Shown here in pieces: positions 61,743 to 64,000 of a DNA stretch of 64,000 nt. The notes under the pieces were generated by a model, which did no database searches, had not been told where the DNA came from, and was given only the letters and a program-made list of their open reading frames with translations. The position numbers and the translations under genes are program-made. Source of the DNA: an uncultured Trueperaceae bacterium (lineage in GTDB: Bacteria > Deinococcota > Deinococci > Deinococcales > Trueperaceae); NCBI GenBank assembly GCA_963799485.1, contig CAWCXJ010000006.1:320001-384000 (forward strand), given 5' to 3'. Numbering within the stretch: the stretch's first letter is position 1; the number at the start of each line of letters is the position of its first letter.

Positions 61743-62695
61743 GCTAAATCGAGGCGCTGACCCAGGCCCGTTTCAAGCGCCCCCTGATACACCGTCCACG
61801 CTACCGCCAAATCCATCCACGCCAGACCGACCCCGCCGTAAACGGTCAGTTCGTCACCGAGCCGCCCCGGAACCTGTCCGCTTAACACCTCGCCGAGTTC
61901 ACCGGTAATGGCGTCTTCATTTAGTCCGACACTGCCGATAGTGCCGTCCCTGACCGCCAAGTCCTTGTTATCGCAAAAAAAGCGGCTCGTTAACACCAAA
62001 TCCGCCGATACCTCGGCCTTGCCCGGTTCATCCGCGCCGAGCGTCGTGACGTGTGCGCCGCCGCGTAAAAACTCGGGGTAGAGAAAGGGCTCCCTCGCCC
62101 ACGTTGCCGTAACGATGATGTCGGCGTCGGCGACGGCTTCAGTGAGCGAGTCCGCCGGAACGAGCTTCGCGTCCGTTTTTGCTGCCAGCCGCCGGACGAA
62201 GGGGCCGGTTTTAAGCGGCACGATGTCAAAGACCGTAACGGTGTGGAGCTGCCGGACATAGGTGAGCAGCTCGAGCTGCCACGCGTTTTGTACCCCTGCG
62301 CCAATAAGGGCGACGTGACTCGAGTTTTTCCGGGCAAGTGTGTCGGCGGCGACCGCGCCCGCCGCCGCCGTTCGCAGCGCCGTAAGGTGTCCTGAACCTA
62401 AAACCGCCAGCAGCTCGCCCGTATGAATATCGAAGAGCTGAATCAAGCCACGAATAGCGGGTTTGCTGTCCGGAAACTCCGCGTGAACGTTGACGGTATA
62501 GGCCGGAACATCGGGGAGCAGGCCGGGGAAAAGGACAGTCGCCGAAGCGCCGTTTTGCGGGAGCCCGGGGCGGGCGCGTTGCGGAGCGATACCGGCACCC
62601 GAAGATGCGACAAAACCTTTACGGACGGCTTCAAAAAGGGGGAGGGGCTCCAACAACCTCACCACGTCCGCGTGGGTTAAAAGCAAGATAGACAT
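61739..62695 (-). CDS. Ornithine cyclodeaminase/mu-crystallin family protein
   Basis: LTALRTAAAG, IGAGVQ, LGADEPGKAE, GVGLAWMD. Confidence 0.9.
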   Translation of the reverse strand: MSILLLTHADVVRLLEPLPLFEAVRKGFVASSGAGIAPQRARPGLPQNGASATVLFPGLLPDVPAYTVNVHAEFPDSKPAIRGLIQLFDIHTGELLAVLGSGHLTALRTAAAGAVAADTLARKNSSHVALIGAGVQNAWQLELLTYVRQLHTVTVFDIVPLKTGPFVRRLAAKTDAKLVPADSLTEAVADADIIVTATWAREPFLYPEFLRGGAHVTTLGADEPGKAEVSADLVLTSRFFCDNKDLAVRDGTIGSVGLNEDAITGELGEVLSGQVPGRLGDELTVYGGVGLAWMDLAVAWTVYQGALETGLGQRLDLA

Positions 62696-62698
62696 ACG

Positions 62699-63997
62699 CT
62701 AACCCTGCCAGCCTTGAACCGTCGCGTAGTGCCGCAGCGCAGCCTCGGCGTCCCCTTTTGTCCGAACATCCCCGACAGCCTCGGCCTCTTGTACAAACCG
62801 CACGGCTTCACCGACGCGCGGCCCCGGCGAGAGGTCTAGGAGTTCCATCACCTCGAGCCCGTTCAAAAGTGGCGCTTTAGGCGGCGCTTCGTCCATGATC
62901 TCCAAAACGCGGGCCAACGCCAGCTTGTACCCCCGGCGGCTCGCCTTGGACGACAGCGGCCCACGCGCCGCCTCACGGTCGGCGATCATCAGTTTGAGCA
63001 GATCGGGTAAGAGGTTGCGGCGGCGGTGGACGAAGCGGCGGGCTTCCTTGTCGGACTTGGGGAGCTGCACCATATGGTAGCGGACGAGCCCCGCGGCCTT
63101 GTCTATCCGCGCCGCAGGTGTGCGGAGCCTTTCCAAAATCGTCCGGGTCAGCTCAGCCCCGAGTTTATCGTGCCCGTAAAAGTGATAGTGGCTGCTGCCC
63201 GCTTCATACGTTTTCGTCGCCGGTTTGCCGACGTCGTGCAAGAGTGTCGCCCAGCGGAGCGTAAGGTCGGCATCGGGAAAACCCTGCACGAGTTGATGGA
63301 GCGCCTCGAGCGAATGCTCCAGCACGTCCAGATGATGAAAGCCGCCCTGCGTGACGCCGCCCGCGTCGGCGAGTTCGGGCAGGTAGACCCGTAAAAGTCC
63401 GACCTGATGTAAAAGCTTGAAGCCCGGTGCCGCGTTTTCACTCAGCAAAAGCTGCGTGAGTTCGTCGCCGACACGCTCCCAGGCCGGAAGGGGAGTCTCG
63501 GCGTTTTGCCGTGTTGCGTGACGTTGAACGGCTGCCTTGGTGTTAGCCTCGAGTCCAAATCCAAGCGTCGCTGCAAATCTCACGCCCCTCAAGCCACGCA
63601 CCGGGTCGGCCCGCAAGTTCGCCTCACTAACCATTCGTAACCGCTTGGCCCGCAAATCCGCCCGCCCGCCGGTCGGGTCGATAAGCTTTCCTGAAAGGTC
63701 GGCGGCGAGGGCGTTTAAGGTGTAGTCTCGAGCCCGTAAGTTAGGTTCCAGACCTCTCTCCAAATCCTCGAGCGGGGTGTAGTCTCGAGTTATATTTTCG
63801 GTGACGACGCGCCAGTGGTCTCGCTGTTCGTCTAGGCAAAACGCGCGACCGCCGAGTTTTACGGCGGCTCGGTCGGCCTCGAGCCTCGGTTTCCCAACCA
63901 ACCAGTCTAAATCTCGCACCGGACGCCCTAAAAGTGTATCTCTCACCGCCCCGCCGACGAGATACCCGTGACCTGGGTGCGGCGTAAACTGAGCCAT
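62699..63997 (-). CDS. Class II tRNA nucleotidyltransferase with HD domain
   Basis: LVGGAVRD...DLD, RDYTLNA, DPTGG..DL, DP.R.LR, LLHDVGK. Confidence 0.92.
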   Translation of the reverse strand: MAQFTPHPGHGYLVGGAVRDTLLGRPVRDLDWLVGKPRLEADRAAVKLGGRAFCLDEQRDHWRVVTENITRDYTPLEDLERGLEPNLRARDYTLNALAADLSGKLIDPTGGRADLRAKRLRMVSEANLRADPVRGLRGVRFAATLGFGLEANTKAAVQRHATRQNAETPLPAWERVGDELTQLLLSENAAPGFKLLHQVGLLRVYLPELADAGGVTQGGFHHLDVLEHSLEALHQLVQGFPDADLTLRWATLLHDVGKPATKTYEAGSSHYHFYGHDKLGAELTRTILERLRTPAARIDKAAGLVRYHMVQLPKSDKEARRFVHRRRNLLPDLLKLMIADREAARGPLSSKASRRGYKLALARVLEIMDEAPPKAPLLNGLEVMELLDLSPGPRVGEAVRFVQEAEAVGDVRTKGDAEAALRHYATVQGWQG

Positions 63998-64000
63998 GTC

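Noticed and set aside
541..63725. Numerous overlapping antisense or alternate-frame ORFs in the track
   Set aside because: Expected in GC-rich DNA; each overlaps a well-supported gene and lacks motifs

Overview
A ~60% GC bacterial chromosomal window, most likely Deinococcota (Truepera-like). This is inferred from many leaderless genes with a TAnnnT box 5-8 nt before the start codon, a Thermus-type xylose isomerase, a probable CC-only tRNA nucleotidyltransferase and a Uma2 gene. Housekeeping genes include uvrC, maf, a UbiD-family decarboxylase, pyrD and pgm. There is a Zn/Mn ABC transporter and a complete assimilatory nitrate/nitrite operon with its own siroheme genes (11.7-20.9 kb). Next to it lie a degenerate CI/LexA-like regulator, a secreted lysyl-oxidase homolog, asparaginase and a true ACC deaminase. 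The window also has cobalamin salvage genes, a shattered troABCD-type Mn transporter with an intact MntR and operator, a low-GC islet (PIN TA pair plus DUF3800-like gene), a glycine-betaine ABC transporter, xylose genes and a ThuA/Gfo/TIM-barrel sugar locus. Features the gene list does not explain: strong over-representation of two short words (CTCGAG and (G)CCGTAAA); at least six unrelated tandem duplications with a 15-nt period; several deletion-scarred gene remnants missed by the ORF track; and an unannotated ORF with an ATC start. No rRNA, tRNA, CRISPR array or transposase was recognised.
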